DNA of 64,000 nucleotides from Eledone cirrhosa (lineage: Eukaryota): positions 356,252,001 to 356,316,000 of the forward strand of contig OZ024742.1 of NCBI GenBank assembly GCA_964016885.1, in the 5' to 3' direction. Shown in pieces: positions 14,423 to 30,724 of this stretch. Made by a program: the position numbers and the translations under genes. Under the pieces are notes generated by a model, which was not told the DNA's origin, ran no database searches, and saw only the letters and a program-made list of their open reading frames with translations. The first letter of the stretch is position 1; each line of letters starts with the position of its first letter.

Positions 14423-17010
14423 TTATACTTCTCTTAGGTCAGTGTTGTTTGTTTGGGTGTTGTTGTTGTTCCACTCATTCTTTCTGTTTAGCTTTGGTCT
14501 TCTAATTTCTATTTCACTGGCCTCTCTGATTTGCCTATCTGCTGGGTCATTCCTATGTTTAGATATTATTCTAATTTCTATGTTGTCTATGTTACCGTCA
14601 TGTTGTTGTCTAGCATGTTCGTATAGTACTGACCCGTTTTTTCGTCCTTTTAGTTCCCCCCAGTGTTGGTCTATCCTTTCACCTATGCTACGAGCTGTCT
14701 CACCTATGTATGTTGTTGTCGTGTTTCTGCAAGTACCCTCTGTACATCTTATGCTATAGACTACGCTTCTAGTTTTACAGTTTATCCGGGGGTTCACCTT
14801 ACATATGATACATTTCCTATTGGTACAGTGGGTTTTCTTAAAAGGGTAGGTTTTGCTGATCAGGGATTTTATGGTGGTTCCTGGCTTTTCTACCACCTTT
14901 ACTTTTAAGTGGGTCTTTCTCAGGGCCTTTCTACACTGGTTAGCTAATTTCCCTCCAGGGGTGGCGTCCACAAACATGACACTCTGATATCTCTGGTTGT
15001 CGTACCATGATGTGGCCTTCCCTATCTTATGTCTAGCCCTATCTAAGCTATTCCATGATTTGCTCCTGTATAGTGGGCAAATTCCTTTCATGTCCAGTTC
15101 TATGAGGGTCTTATACTTTTCCATGGCTCCTTCGTATACTCTGACTCTGTCTCTTTGGTTGTAGCCAGAGAACTGCATGCGGTTGATGAAGTGTTGGATG
15201 TGTCCTTCCATTTCTGTTGGGTCGCACATGCTGGACACATTCTTCATCACTCGTACCAAATCTGCGATCAGAATATTAAACTTAGCACTACTGGACATTG
15301 CTGAGTTTTTGAGTATCAGGTATTTGGAGGCCATGGGTTTAGCATAGTGTGAGTGGAGAATTTGGGCTCTCTCGTCTATAGTGTTAATCCAGAGTTCTGT
15401 GTCTAATACAGGTAGTCTATTGTTAGGGTGTTTGGAAGGGAAGTCTATAGTTACAGTTATACTCTGGTGTATGGAATTAGCTATCTGCTGGATGCTTTCC
15501 ATCGTGCTACGTTCTAAATCAAACTTGTTAGTGCTCTCTAGTGGGGGTGTTCTTATAGCTATATTGATATCGTCTACATAACGAGAGTACATGATGAGGT
15601 CTATGGAGCTTTCATTAAGGAGATCTTTAAGTCTCCTTTCCCACCATACCATGAAAAGGTTGGCAACATCACCAGCTATGCTGACGCCGATGGCTGCTCC
15701 CTCATTTTGGGTGTAGATTTTCTCATTGAACTTAAATATGTGGCCCTTTAGGGTAGTTTTGATACTAGCCCCTATTGCATGTGCGACCATTTTTCTTACC
15801 TGATCCTTTTTTGGGGGGTCCGTATAGCTTTGGTCCACCCAATCCACCTTCCTATGGGAGTCTTTTTAGCCATTGAGGTTATGGTGGGGGGTCTACCTCT
15901 TATAGGTCTACTAGGGCAGAAACATCTAAGGTCATGGCTGTCTAGGTAGTCAGTGTCGTAGGTAAGTCTAAGTAGGAGGCCCAGTTCGTCTGTGTCGACG
16001 TCGCAGAACTCCACCTCACTCTCAATGATCATCTCCACACATCTTTTCACAGCAAATTCAATGTTAATGGATGGGTACAGTGACACCACATCCATGCTGC
16101 CTATTATGCAGTTGGATAGGCTCCTGTTTTTGTTGCACTCACTGATTCTGCTGAGGAGGTCCTCTGTACTTTCACATACATCTGGGGACATCTTGATTAT
16201 GGGGCGTATAACCATTGAGAGGAAGTAGGAGATCCTGTAGTTGCTAGCTATATTAGCTCCGCATACGGGTCTTGTTGGTGGTCCTGTTGTCGGGTCGTCG
16301 ACTGTCTTGTGGTCTTTGCGGAGCCCATACAAGGGTGGTATGCCATTGTTAGACGCCTGGAAGTTGTTGGCAGTGCGTCTGCTTGGCTTTAGGATGTCAG
16401 TCCACATCATCATGTGAGCGTTGAGGATTTTTTCTCTCCCATCGTGTGTTAGTTGTGCAACTTCGCTCGTGTTGGTGATGTGGGGTTGCATTGCCTCGAT
16501 GTAGTTCGGCATGCTATCTATTGACATCCTACCAGACTTATCTGTGGGTAGACACACTACCTCACCATCCCTTGTGCGCTGCTTGAGGCTAACCAAGCCT
16601 TCTACAGGTTTTATCCCAAGTTGTTGGGCCTCTGGTCTGCTCTGTCTCATAGTGTACCTGTCTACTACTTGTCTAATCTTATTTCTAGCTATGGTGAACT
16701 GTGCCTCCGTCTCGTCATCTATTTGCTGTGGTATGCAAACTCTTTTATTAAAGGGTAACCTCGTAGGATAGATATTACCCATCTTATATGTTTTGTCAGC
16801 TGGGTTGAAAAATAGTTTCTCTAAGGGGTTGTGGTTATTTCTATCGTCATAGTTGTGTGTGTTGCTATTATTGTTATCATGGTGGTTGTTGTTGTTTCTA
16901 TCATTAGCATTAATATTATTATTGTTATGATTGCTAGATGTATTGTTGTTTACTTCACCGTTATTGTTGTTGTTGTTACTGCTATTTCTACCATTGTGGT
17001 TGTTACTATT
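14423..17010 (-). pseudogene. PLE RT + C-terminal GIY-YIG (B1), one frameshift near 15820
   Basis: [46 protein letters not shown], CxxxxCxxC, VVY..YIGETAR, RQIREA, LNRKNEW. Confidence 0.9.
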
Positions 17011-17351
17011 GTGTATATATGTATATATATATATATATATATATGTATATGTGTATATGAGTATATGTATATATGTGTATATATATATATATGTATATAT
17101 GTATATATATATATGTATATATGTATATGTATATATGTATATATGTATATATGTATATATATATATGTATATATGTATATGTATATATATATATATGTAT
17201 ATATGTATATATATATATATGTATATATGTATATATATATATACATGTATATAAATGTATATATGTATATATATATATGTATATATATATATATGTATAT
17301 ATATATATGTATATATGTATATGTATATATGTATATGTATATGTATATATG

Positions 17352-17396
<45 letters not shown>

Positions 17397-17613
17397 GTGT
17401 ATATATGTATAGATGTATATATATGTATATATGTATATATATATATGTATATATATATATATGTATATATATATATGTATATATGTATATGTATATATGT
17501 ATATGTATATATGTATATATATATATGTATATATATATATATGTATATATATATATGTGTATATATATATATGTATATATATATGTATATGTATATATGT
17601 ATATATATATACG

Positions 17614-17644
<31 letters not shown>

Positions 17645-17767
17645 GTATATATATATATGTATATATATATATGTATATGTATATATGTATATATATATAT
17701 ATGTATATATATATATGTATATATGTATATGTATATATGTATATGTATATATGTATATATATATATG

Positions 17768-17798
<31 letters not shown>

Positions 17799-17815
17799 GT
17801 ATATATATATATGTG

Positions 17816-17861
<46 letters not shown>

Positions 17862-17940
17862 TATATATATATGTATATATATAAATATATATGTATATAT
17901 ATATGTATATATGTATATATATATATATGTATATATATAT
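17011..17940. repeat. (TA)nTG microsatellite tract
   Basis: Direct. Confidence 0.98.
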
Positions 17941-18365
17941 GTCGTTTCTGAATTTGTTTAGCAAGATTCTTTATCTGAAATCGTGTGTTGAAACCGATAT
18001 TGTTCTACTTTGGGAGGGTCATGTTGCCAATAAGAAACACACGCACCAGTTGCTTTCACTTCAATTTATTATATACTTATAAATTTATAAATTTACAAAT
18101 CTACAAACTTATAAATTTCTGTACTAGACACAGAGCTCTGGTTGGATACCATTAACAACCAAAAACAAATCCTCCATTCCCATTACGCCAAACCCATGAC
18201 TTCCAAACATCTGATCCACCGAAACTCGGCCATTTCGGACCATACCAAAATCAACATACTGATTGCGGATTTGGTACGGGTGATGAGAAATGTGTCCCGC
18301 ATGTGCAACCCCGAAGAACTAGAGAGACACATACAACACTTCATCCACCGTATGCAGTTCTCTGG
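17941..18365. mobile_element. PLE family B2 fragment: minus-strand pLTR end (17941-18120) joined to an inverted ORF fragment (18121-18365, +), running into the gap
   Basis: 17943-18070 matches 60930-61060. 18142-18365 encodes DTINNQKQILHSHYAKPMTSK..RMQFS, as in 58041-58265. Confidence 0.88.
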
Positions 18366-18565
18366 NNNNNNNNNNNNNNNNNNNNNNNNNNNNNNNNNNN
18401 NNNNNNNNNNNNNNNNNNNNNNNNNNNNNNNNNNNNNNNNNNNNNNNNNNNNNNNNNNNNNNNNNNNNNNNNNNNNNNNNNNNNNNNNNNNNNNNNNNNN
18501 NNNNNNNNNNNNNNNNNNNNNNNNNNNNNNNNNNNNNNNNNNNNNNNNNNNNNNNNNNNNNNNNN
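18366..18565. other. Assembly gap (200 N)
   Basis: N run. Confidence 1.
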
Positions 18566-18702
18566 ATATAAACAGTCTTATAAATAAATAGATACGACAT
18601 AACTTTCAATCACCTTGCATTTGTGAGGTTGATTTGGCAGTAAAAAAAATGTTATAAATATTTACTCGTTGTTAACCCAACGATTTAAATATAACTTTCC
18701 AT
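18566..18702. mobile_element. End of a family A-related PLE pLTR with an inversion junction
   Basis: 18566-~18600 resembles 626-660; 18651-18702 resembles 7600-7652 (GTTATAAATATTTACT..AATATAACTTT). Confidence 0.65.
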
Positions 18703-18707
18703 GTATG

Positions 18708-18902
<195 letters not shown>

Positions 18903-18979
18903 GTATATATATATATGTATATATATATATGTATATATATATATGTATACATATATATGTATATATATATATGTATATA

Positions 18980-19031
<52 letters not shown>

Positions 19032-19049
19032 TATATGTATATATATATG

Positions 19050-19080
<31 letters not shown>

Positions 19081-19081
19081 C

Positions 19082-19114
<33 letters not shown>

Positions 19115-19258
19115 GTATATATATATATGTATATATATATGTATATATGTATATATATATGTATATGTATGTATATATATATATGTATATATATATGTAT
19201 ATATATATATATGTATATATATATGTATATGTATGTATATATATGTATATATATATGT

Positions 19259-19312
<54 letters not shown>

Positions 19313-19506
19313 GTATATGTATATATATGTAATATATATATATATATATATGAATATATATTTATATATATATGTATATATATATGAATATATATATATG
19401 TATATATATATGTATATATATATGAATATATATATATGTATATATATATATATATGTATATATATATGTATATATATATATATGTATATATATGTAAATA
19501 TATATG

Positions 19507-19695
<189 letters not shown>

Positions 19696-19708
19696 TTATA
19701 TATATGTG

Positions 19709-19801
<93 letters not shown>

Positions 19802-19834
19802 GTGTGTATATATATATATATGTATATATATATG

Positions 19835-19887
<53 letters not shown>

Positions 19888-19902
19888 GTATATATATATA
19901 TG

Positions 19903-19967
<65 letters not shown>

Positions 19968-20028
19968 GTATATATATACATATATATATGTGTATATATA
20001 TATATATGTATACATATATATATATATG

Positions 20029-20083
<55 letters not shown>

Positions 20084-20144
20084 GTATATATATACATATA
20101 TATATGTGTATATATATATATATGTATACATATATATATATATG

Positions 20145-20194
<50 letters not shown>

Positions 20195-20491
20195 AATATG
20201 TATTGGTAAACGGAATAGAAAATGCTGACAAATTGTTCACAGTTGAAAAATGGTTTAATTAGGAATAAAAGAGTATTAGTGATTGTATGGGTTAGTATTC
20301 AGTTGTGGTTTTAAGTTTTTAAGTTTGTACCGGTTGCGCATTTCTAAATGCTTTTCAAAAATAATTTTGAGATAGAGTGTCCGTGCTGTTTGCTCTGATA
20401 TATATATGTATATATATATATATATATGTATATATATGTGTATATATATGTATATATATATGTATATATATATTGCTCTGATATATATATG

Positions 20492-20522
<31 letters not shown>

Positions 20523-20885
20523 GTATATATATATATGTATATATATATGTATATATATATATATTTATATATGTATATGTATGTATATATATATATGTAT
20601 ATATATATGTATATGTATATATATATATGTATATATATATGTATATGTATATATATATATGTATATATATATGTATATGTATGTATATATATATATGTAT
20701 ATATATATGTATATGTATATATATATGTATATGTATATATATGTATATATATATATATATTTATATATATATGTATATATATATGAATATATATATATGT
20801 ATATATATATGTGTATATATATGTATATATATATGTATATATATATGTATGTATATATATATATATATGTATATATATATGTATG

Positions 20886-20932
<47 letters not shown>

Positions 20933-20947
20933 GTATATATATATATG

Positions 20948-20979
<32 letters not shown>

Positions 20980-20989
20980 AATATATATG

Positions 20990-21022
<33 letters not shown>

Positions 21023-21150
21023 GTATATATGTATATGTATGTATATATATATATATGTATATATATATGTATATATATATATGTATATATATATGTATAT
21101 ATATATGTATATATATATATGTATATATATATGTATATGTATATATATAT

Positions 21151-21230
21151 ATTGTTATACTTTGGGAGGGTCATGTTGCCAACACACAATTTCAGTTAAA
21201 GAATCTTGCTAAACAAATTCAGATACGAAA
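21151..21230. mobile_element. 80-bp rearranged family-B mini-element, copy 1
   Basis: Inverted + direct halves of the B2 terminus. Confidence 0.8.
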
Positions 21231-21250
21231 TATATATATATATGTATATA

Positions 21251-21437
<187 letters not shown>

Positions 21438-21438
21438 G

Positions 21439-21491
<53 letters not shown>

Positions 21492-21524
21492 GTATATCTA
21501 TATATATATATATATGTATATATG

Positions 21525-21587
<63 letters not shown>

Positions 21588-21654
21588 GTATATATATATA
21601 TGTATATCTATATATATATATATATGTATATATGTATATATATATATATATGTA

Positions 21655-21702
<48 letters not shown>

Positions 21703-21708
21703 GATATA

Positions 21709-21751
<43 letters not shown>

Positions 21752-21770
21752 ATATATATATAAATATATG

Positions 21771-21807
<37 letters not shown>

Positions 21808-21830
21808 GTATATATATATATGTATATATG

Positions 21831-21943
<113 letters not shown>

Positions 21944-21968
21944 GTATATATATATGTATATATATATG

Positions 21969-21999
<31 letters not shown>

Positions 22000-22014
22000 G
22001 TATATATATATATG

Positions 22015-22047
<33 letters not shown>

Positions 22048-22070
22048 GTATATATATGTAAATATATATG

Positions 22071-22105
<35 letters not shown>

Positions 22106-22165
22106 GTATATATATATGTATATATATATATATGTATATATATATATGTATATGTATATATATAT

Positions 22166-22245
22166 ATTGTTATACTTTGGGAGGGTCATGTTGCCAACAC
22201 ACAATTTCAGTTAAAGAATCTTGCTAAACAAATTCAGAAACGAAA
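22166..22245. mobile_element. 80-bp mini-element, copy 2
   Basis: Near-identical to 21151-21230. Confidence 0.8.
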
Positions 22246-22265
22246 TATATATATATATGTATATA

Positions 22266-22432
<167 letters not shown>

Positions 22433-22433
22433 G

Positions 22434-22528
<95 letters not shown>

Positions 22529-22529
22529 G

Positions 22530-22594
<65 letters not shown>

Positions 22595-22627
22595 GTATAT
22601 CTATATATATATATATATGTATATATG

Positions 22628-22716
<89 letters not shown>

Positions 22717-22723
22717 GTATATC

Positions 22724-22785
<62 letters not shown>

Positions 22786-22791
22786 GATATA

Positions 22792-22848
<57 letters not shown>

Positions 22849-22855
22849 GTGTGTG

Positions 22856-22920
<65 letters not shown>

Positions 22921-22961
22921 GTATATATATATATGTATATATGTATATATATGTATATATG

Positions 22962-23096
<135 letters not shown>

Positions 23097-23147
23097 GTAT
23101 ATATATATGTATATATATATGTATATATATATATATATGTATATATG

Positions 23148-23242
<95 letters not shown>

Positions 23243-23265
23243 GTATATATATGTAAATATATATG

Positions 23266-23303
<38 letters not shown>

Positions 23304-23307
23304 AATG

Positions 23308-23349
<42 letters not shown>

Positions 23350-23371
23350 TATGTATATTTATTTATATATA

Positions 23372-24039
<668 letters not shown>

Positions 24040-24046
24040 GTATATA

Positions 24047-24079
<33 letters not shown>

Positions 24080-24120
24080 GTAAATATATATATGTATATA
24101 TATATACATATATATATATG

Positions 24121-24195
<75 letters not shown>

Positions 24196-24216
24196 GTATA
24201 CATATATATATATTTG

Positions 24217-24261
<45 letters not shown>

Positions 24262-24292
24262 CTCTATATATATATATGTATATATATATATG

Positions 24293-24323
<31 letters not shown>

Positions 24324-24359
24324 GTATATATATATGTATATATGTATATGTATGTATAT

Positions 24360-24390
<31 letters not shown>

Positions 24391-24520
24391 TATATATATG
24401 TATATATATATGTATATGTATTTATATATATATATGTATATATATATGTATACATATATATGTATGTATATATATATATGTATATATATATGTATATATA
24501 AATGTATACATATATATATG

Positions 24521-24585
<65 letters not shown>

Positions 24586-24606
24586 GTATATATATTTATA
24601 TATATG

Positions 24607-24637
<31 letters not shown>

Positions 24638-24712
24638 TTATATATATATGTATATATATATGAATATATATATATGTATATATATATGTATATATATATG
24701 TATATATATATG

Positions 24713-24793
<81 letters not shown>

Positions 24794-24810
24794 GTATATA
24801 TATATGTATG

Positions 24811-24858
<48 letters not shown>

Positions 24859-24993
24859 AATATATATGTATATATGTATATGTATGTATATATATATATA
24901 TGTATATATATATGTATATATATATATGTATATATATATGTATATGTATGTATATATATATATGTATATATATATGTATATGTATACATATAT

Positions 24994-25073
24994 ATTGTTA
25001 TACTTTGGGAGGGTCATGTTGCCAACACACGATTTCAGTTAAAGAATCTTGCTAAACAAATTCTGAAACGAAA
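24994..25073. mobile_element. 80-bp mini-element, copy 3
   Basis: Near-identical to 21151-21230. Confidence 0.8.
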
Positions 25074-25095
25074 TATATATATATATATGTATATA

Positions 25096-25147
<52 letters not shown>

Positions 25148-25150
25148 ATG

Positions 25151-25187
<37 letters not shown>

Positions 25188-25227
25188 GTATATACATATA
25201 TATATATATATGTATATATATATATGT

Positions 25228-28200
25228 ATCATCATCATCATCATCATCATCAACGTTTAACGTCCGTGTTCCACGCTTGCATGGGTTTGGACGGGGGTAG
25301 TCCCACTTGAGGCAGGAGTGATTGTCTTGCTCGCATAGGACTGTCTGGCAGGTTTTCTACAGTTGGATGCCCTTCCTAACACCAACCACATTTACAGTGT
25401 GGGTCTGGGAGGTGTTTACCGTGTTGCCTACACGGCCACATTACAGCGTGGACTGTGTGTTTTTTTGTCGTGACACCTACACGATCTCATTTGTTTCGGC
25501 CTCGATGGCGCGGCACCAACATAACTTTACATAGAACGGGGTGGTGGTGATGGTGGGACGGGGTGTATTTTGTTAGAGATGCCTACTGGCTGGAGTAGGT
25601 TTTACTATATATTTAGGTAAGGCGGGTCTTCTCTGTTACTGAGTACCGCCAAAGGTCTCGGTCCAGTGACATTGTCTTGGAGAGGTGTAAGTGTGTGATG
25701 TCGGAGTTTATCAGCTCGTCCCAGGTTTTTCTAGGTCTGCCTATTCCGTGACTACCGTCTATCTTTATTGCCCTGCACCTTGTTATACAGCTATCGACTT
25801 TCATGCGCATCACGTGTCCATACCAACGTAGCCTTCTCTCGAGTAAACAACATCTGATCCCTCTTATCTCTAATTTTTTCCTTAGTTCGTTTATGCTTTG
25901 CCGTTCACGTATATTACTGTTACACATCCAGCGGAGCATGCAAGCTTCGTTCCTCTCTAGTCTGCGTATATCCTCTGCACACAATGCCCAGGTCTCACTG
26001 CCATGCAGCATTGCTGTTCGTATGCAGGCATCGTACAACCTGCCTTTCATTTTTAGGGAGAACCCTTTAGCAGCTAATAGTGGTATAAGCTCTCTGAACT
26101 TTTTCCAACCAGTTCTGACTCTAGTTACAGTACTTTCAGAGCACCCTCCCCCACTGCTGATTTTATCGCCCAGGTAACGGAAGCTGTCCACTATTTCTAT
26201 AGAACCCTCTGCGCAATTGAAAGAGCTAGTATTTTGTGGGCACATGCTGCTACTTATTGCACCAGAACACCGGCCACATGTAAAATCTATGTTCTTAGTT
26301 AGCTTACCTGTGATCCCACTACATCTTTTATGCACCCATACTTTGCATTTAGGACATAAAATGGAGTTTCTACCTCCGCCTTTCCTACACACCGAGCACG
26401 AACATTTCCCAGAAGGGACCGCCGCCTTGTTTTCTTTCCTACAAACTAGTACTTTGGTCTTAGCCAGGTTAATTTTAAGTCCTTTTGACTCTAGGCCGTG
26501 CTTCCATGTTTGGAATTTCTTCTCTAGCTCGGCCATTGATTCCGCTATGAGTGTCAGGTCGTCTGCGTATAGGAGTTCCCATGGGCAGCCTGTCTTGAAC
26601 TCCTCTGTTATAGCCTGAAGGGCAATAATAAATAGTAGGGGGCTGAGAACAGAGCCCTGATGGACGCCAACTTTTACGCTAAACTCTTCACTATATTCGT
26701 TGTTAATTCTAACCTTGCTGACTGTTTCTTTATACATGGCTTGTATAGCCCTCACAAGCCATTCGTCAACGCCTAGTTTTCTAAGAGCCCACCAGATAAT
26801 GGAGCGGGGACTCTGTCGAAGGCTTTCTCCAAGTCGACAAAAGCTAAGTAGAGGGGTTTACCTTTAGCTAGGTACTTCTCCTGTAGTTGTCGTACTATGA
26901 AAAGAGCGTCTGTGGTACTTTTGCCTGACACAAACCCGAACTGCATTTCATCTAGGTCAATTCTCTCTCTGATTAGTTGCGCTATTACTTTTTCCGTGAC
27001 CTTCATGACCTGGTCGATTAATTTAATGCCTCTATAGTTACTCCTATCTAGGGCGTCTCCTTTACCCTTATAACAGTTAACGATGATGCTGCTATGCCAG
27101 TCCTTCGGAACAACCCCATTCTGTACGACTTGGTTAACTATGCGGGTGACCATGGTGTGTCCCACCGTGCCAGATGCCTTCAGCATCTCAGCAACTATTT
27201 CCGAAGGCCCAGCCGCCTTACCCGTCTTCATATCCTTGATTGCCTTACTTATTATACTCCCCTCGACTAACACTGCTGGTCCCTCTATTGGGTCGATATG
27301 GGGGAGACTGTCTTTCTCCCATTTATTCTCCTCATTTAGTAGCCTTTCATAGTGACACTTCCAAGCTACCTTCTTATCAGCGTCGGTGATGGCAAGTGTG
27401 CCATCGTCGTTTAGTACACACTTCTCCCCGACAATATCACGGTTTTCCTTGACGCATTGCCTAGCAATCCTGAACACCTCACGTTTTTGGTCATCGCGTT
27501 GTAGAACATGCTTGAACTTTCTTTCCTCAGCTTCCCTTCTTGCTAAGTACACTTGTCTCCTAGCTTCCCTCCTGGCCACTTGATAGTCTTCTCTACTTCC
27601 CCCATCCCGCCATACTTTCCAAGCCTGCTTTTTGGCCTTAATTGACCCCTCCACCTTACTGTTCCACCACCATGTTACTCTCCTCCTGCCTACAGGCCTG
27701 CTCCAGCCACAGACTTCGTCTGTCGCCAACAGCAGGTTTGCTTTCAGAAATTCCCACTCTCCCTCTATATTGTCCGACTCTAAATGTTCTTCCTTACTGT
27801 CGAAAGCATCAAGTAATATGCTTTGAAATTTATTCCTGGCTGTGGGGTCCTTTAGCTTCCATATTTTTCTCCTGAGGATAGTCCTCTTCTGCTGTCGAGT
27901 ACGTCTCGTCCTGACTATGAGGTCGCTAATTATCAGTCTATGTTGGGAGGTGCATTCTTCGTGGGGGAGGGATTTAGTGTTTACAACAGACACTCTGTCA
28001 CGTCTTCTGGTAAGGATATAATCTACCTGGCTTGTGTGTTCCCCGGATCTATAGGTGATCAGGTGATTGTCACGTTTTTTGAAGTTAGTGTTACAGATAG
28101 TTAGGTTATTTGCATCACAGAATTCCAGGATTCTGGAGCCTTCCTCATTTCTAGTACCAAACCCATAGCCTCCATGGATTTCGTCGTAGCCATCACAATG

Positions 28201-29650
28201 TTGTCCAACGTGACCATTTAGGGTCGCCTGCGATAATTATATAGTCACTGTCGGATATTTGGGAGGTAGTTAGCATCAGTGTCTCATAGAATCTGTCTTT
28301 TATAGTGCCGGGCAGTCCGGATTGGGGTGTGTACGCAGATATTACTGTCACCGTAGTTCTATTGAGGACAAGTTGTATTTTAATTATTCTGTCGTTCACT
28401 CTATTTACGTCTATTATCTTATCTGCCCACTTTTCTGCTACTATGATTCCTACTCCACCCAGCCCATCGTCGTTTCCCACCCAGAAAAGCTTATAACATC
28501 GTTTTTACCCTCAATGAACCTAGCAGACCCACCCCTCCACCTGGTCTCTTGAATACAACAAACATCGACCTCCTTACGTTCAAGCATTTCTACAACCTCG
28601 TTAGCGCGACCCTTTAGGGTGCCTACATTTATGGTACCAACTCTGAAGTTTTGGATTGCGTTTGGGGGTTGGGGGCGGTTGGGGCGGGGGGCGATGGGGT
28701 TATGTTAGCCGTCCGCGGTCGAAACAATGAGGAGTGCTCGCATTCTCGTCCAAGAGGTGAATTTGTCTTTATCTTTGGCATTGTCGCTGAGCGTCCAGAT
28801 TTTTCTCTCTCTCTCCTCCACTCTCCAGGATTCCGCAGTCCATCCATCCATCATATATCGAAAGGCAACCAGGCAAGCGATAGTATAGGCCTCTGGCTTC
28901 TGATTGGTCCGCGTAATAATACTGGTGATGCGTGGGGGCTCTGGCTTATGATTGGTCCACGTAATAGCAGTGGTGGTGCGTGGGGGCGGGAGTGAGGGGT
29001 GTTGGGTAGCTAGATAGGAGGTAATGATTTGAATGGGGTCCTTGCACATTTAACAAGCGATTAACAAAAATACAAAATTTGTTCTGTTCAATACGACCCA
29101 AAACTTTCGTATTTAACAATTAATAAATACAAAAAATGTAGATTGTTTTAGCGATAGATTGGCTATTTGGACTTGATACGAAATATGAATTGTTTTGAAA
29201 ATACACTGGAATTAGGATTTGTGGAGGTAGAGATGAAGGAAAATATGTACATTACGTTACATGAATATCGTGAGGTAGACAGCAAAGCAATGAAATTTGG
29301 CGAAGTGAATTCCTATCATATATATATATATAGAGAGAGAGAGAGGGGGTGGCCGCATGATGGTTGTGTGTGTTAGGCGTTTGACCGCCCCATGCCTTCG
29401 AAGTAGCGGGTGGGGGGGGGGGGGGCGAGTAAGCGGGAGTTTCGAAAGAAGGAAGAAGGAAAGGATTTTGTTTTTTTGTTTTGAAAATACGCTAGAATTA
29501 GGGATTGAGGTTTGAAAATACGCTAGGAATTAAGGTTTGAAAATACGCTAGATTAAGAATTAAGGAATTTATAAGAAGGAGAAGAGATAGGAGGTAATGA
29601 TTTGAATGGGGTCCTTGCACATTTAACAAGCGATTAACAAAAATACAAAG
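25228..29650 (-). mobile_element. RTE-clade LINE, near full length, with (GAT)n 3' tail at 25228-25252
   Basis: APE + RT ORF, 3' UTR and microsatellite tail, TA tracts on both sides. The 5' boundary is inferred. Confidence 0.85.
25613..28650 (-). pseudogene. RTE polyprotein (AP endonuclease + RT + PHD-like finger), with frameshifts near 28510, 28220 and 26810
   Basis: GTINVGTL..CCIQETRW, GVGI, AGD, NYRGIKL, QFGF, FVDLEKAFDRV, GVHQGSVLSPLLF, LLYADDL, RRLRWYGHV, GRPRKTW. Confidence 0.9.
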
Positions 29651-30633
<983 letters not shown>

Positions 30634-30678
30634 ACAATTAACAACAAAGAGCCCTTAGAACATAGGTATATCTTTAAT

Positions 30679-30724
30679 TGCTAACAGTGTTTTGTCCACA
30701 CTAGAAGTGGGACTCTTCAGAGCA
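30679..30724 (-). ncRNA. Hammerhead ribozyme (family C 3' pLTR), with GAAA mutated to AAAA; probably inactive
   Basis: Matches 35773-35818 except position 30693. Confidence 0.6.

Larger units (their letters stand above)
13890..17010 (-). mobile_element. PLE family B1, 5'-truncated, with 3' UTR/pLTR at 13890-14422
   Basis: RT + GIY-YIG ORF, flanked on both sides by TA tracts. Confidence 0.9.

Noticed and set aside
18142-18609. ORFs spanning the N run
   Set aside because: Artefact of the assembly gap; the two sides belong to different PLE families
29340-29460. GC-rich patch in the RTE 5' region as an HDV-like ribozyme
   Set aside because: I could not assemble the nested double pseudoknot by eye; it needs a descriptor search
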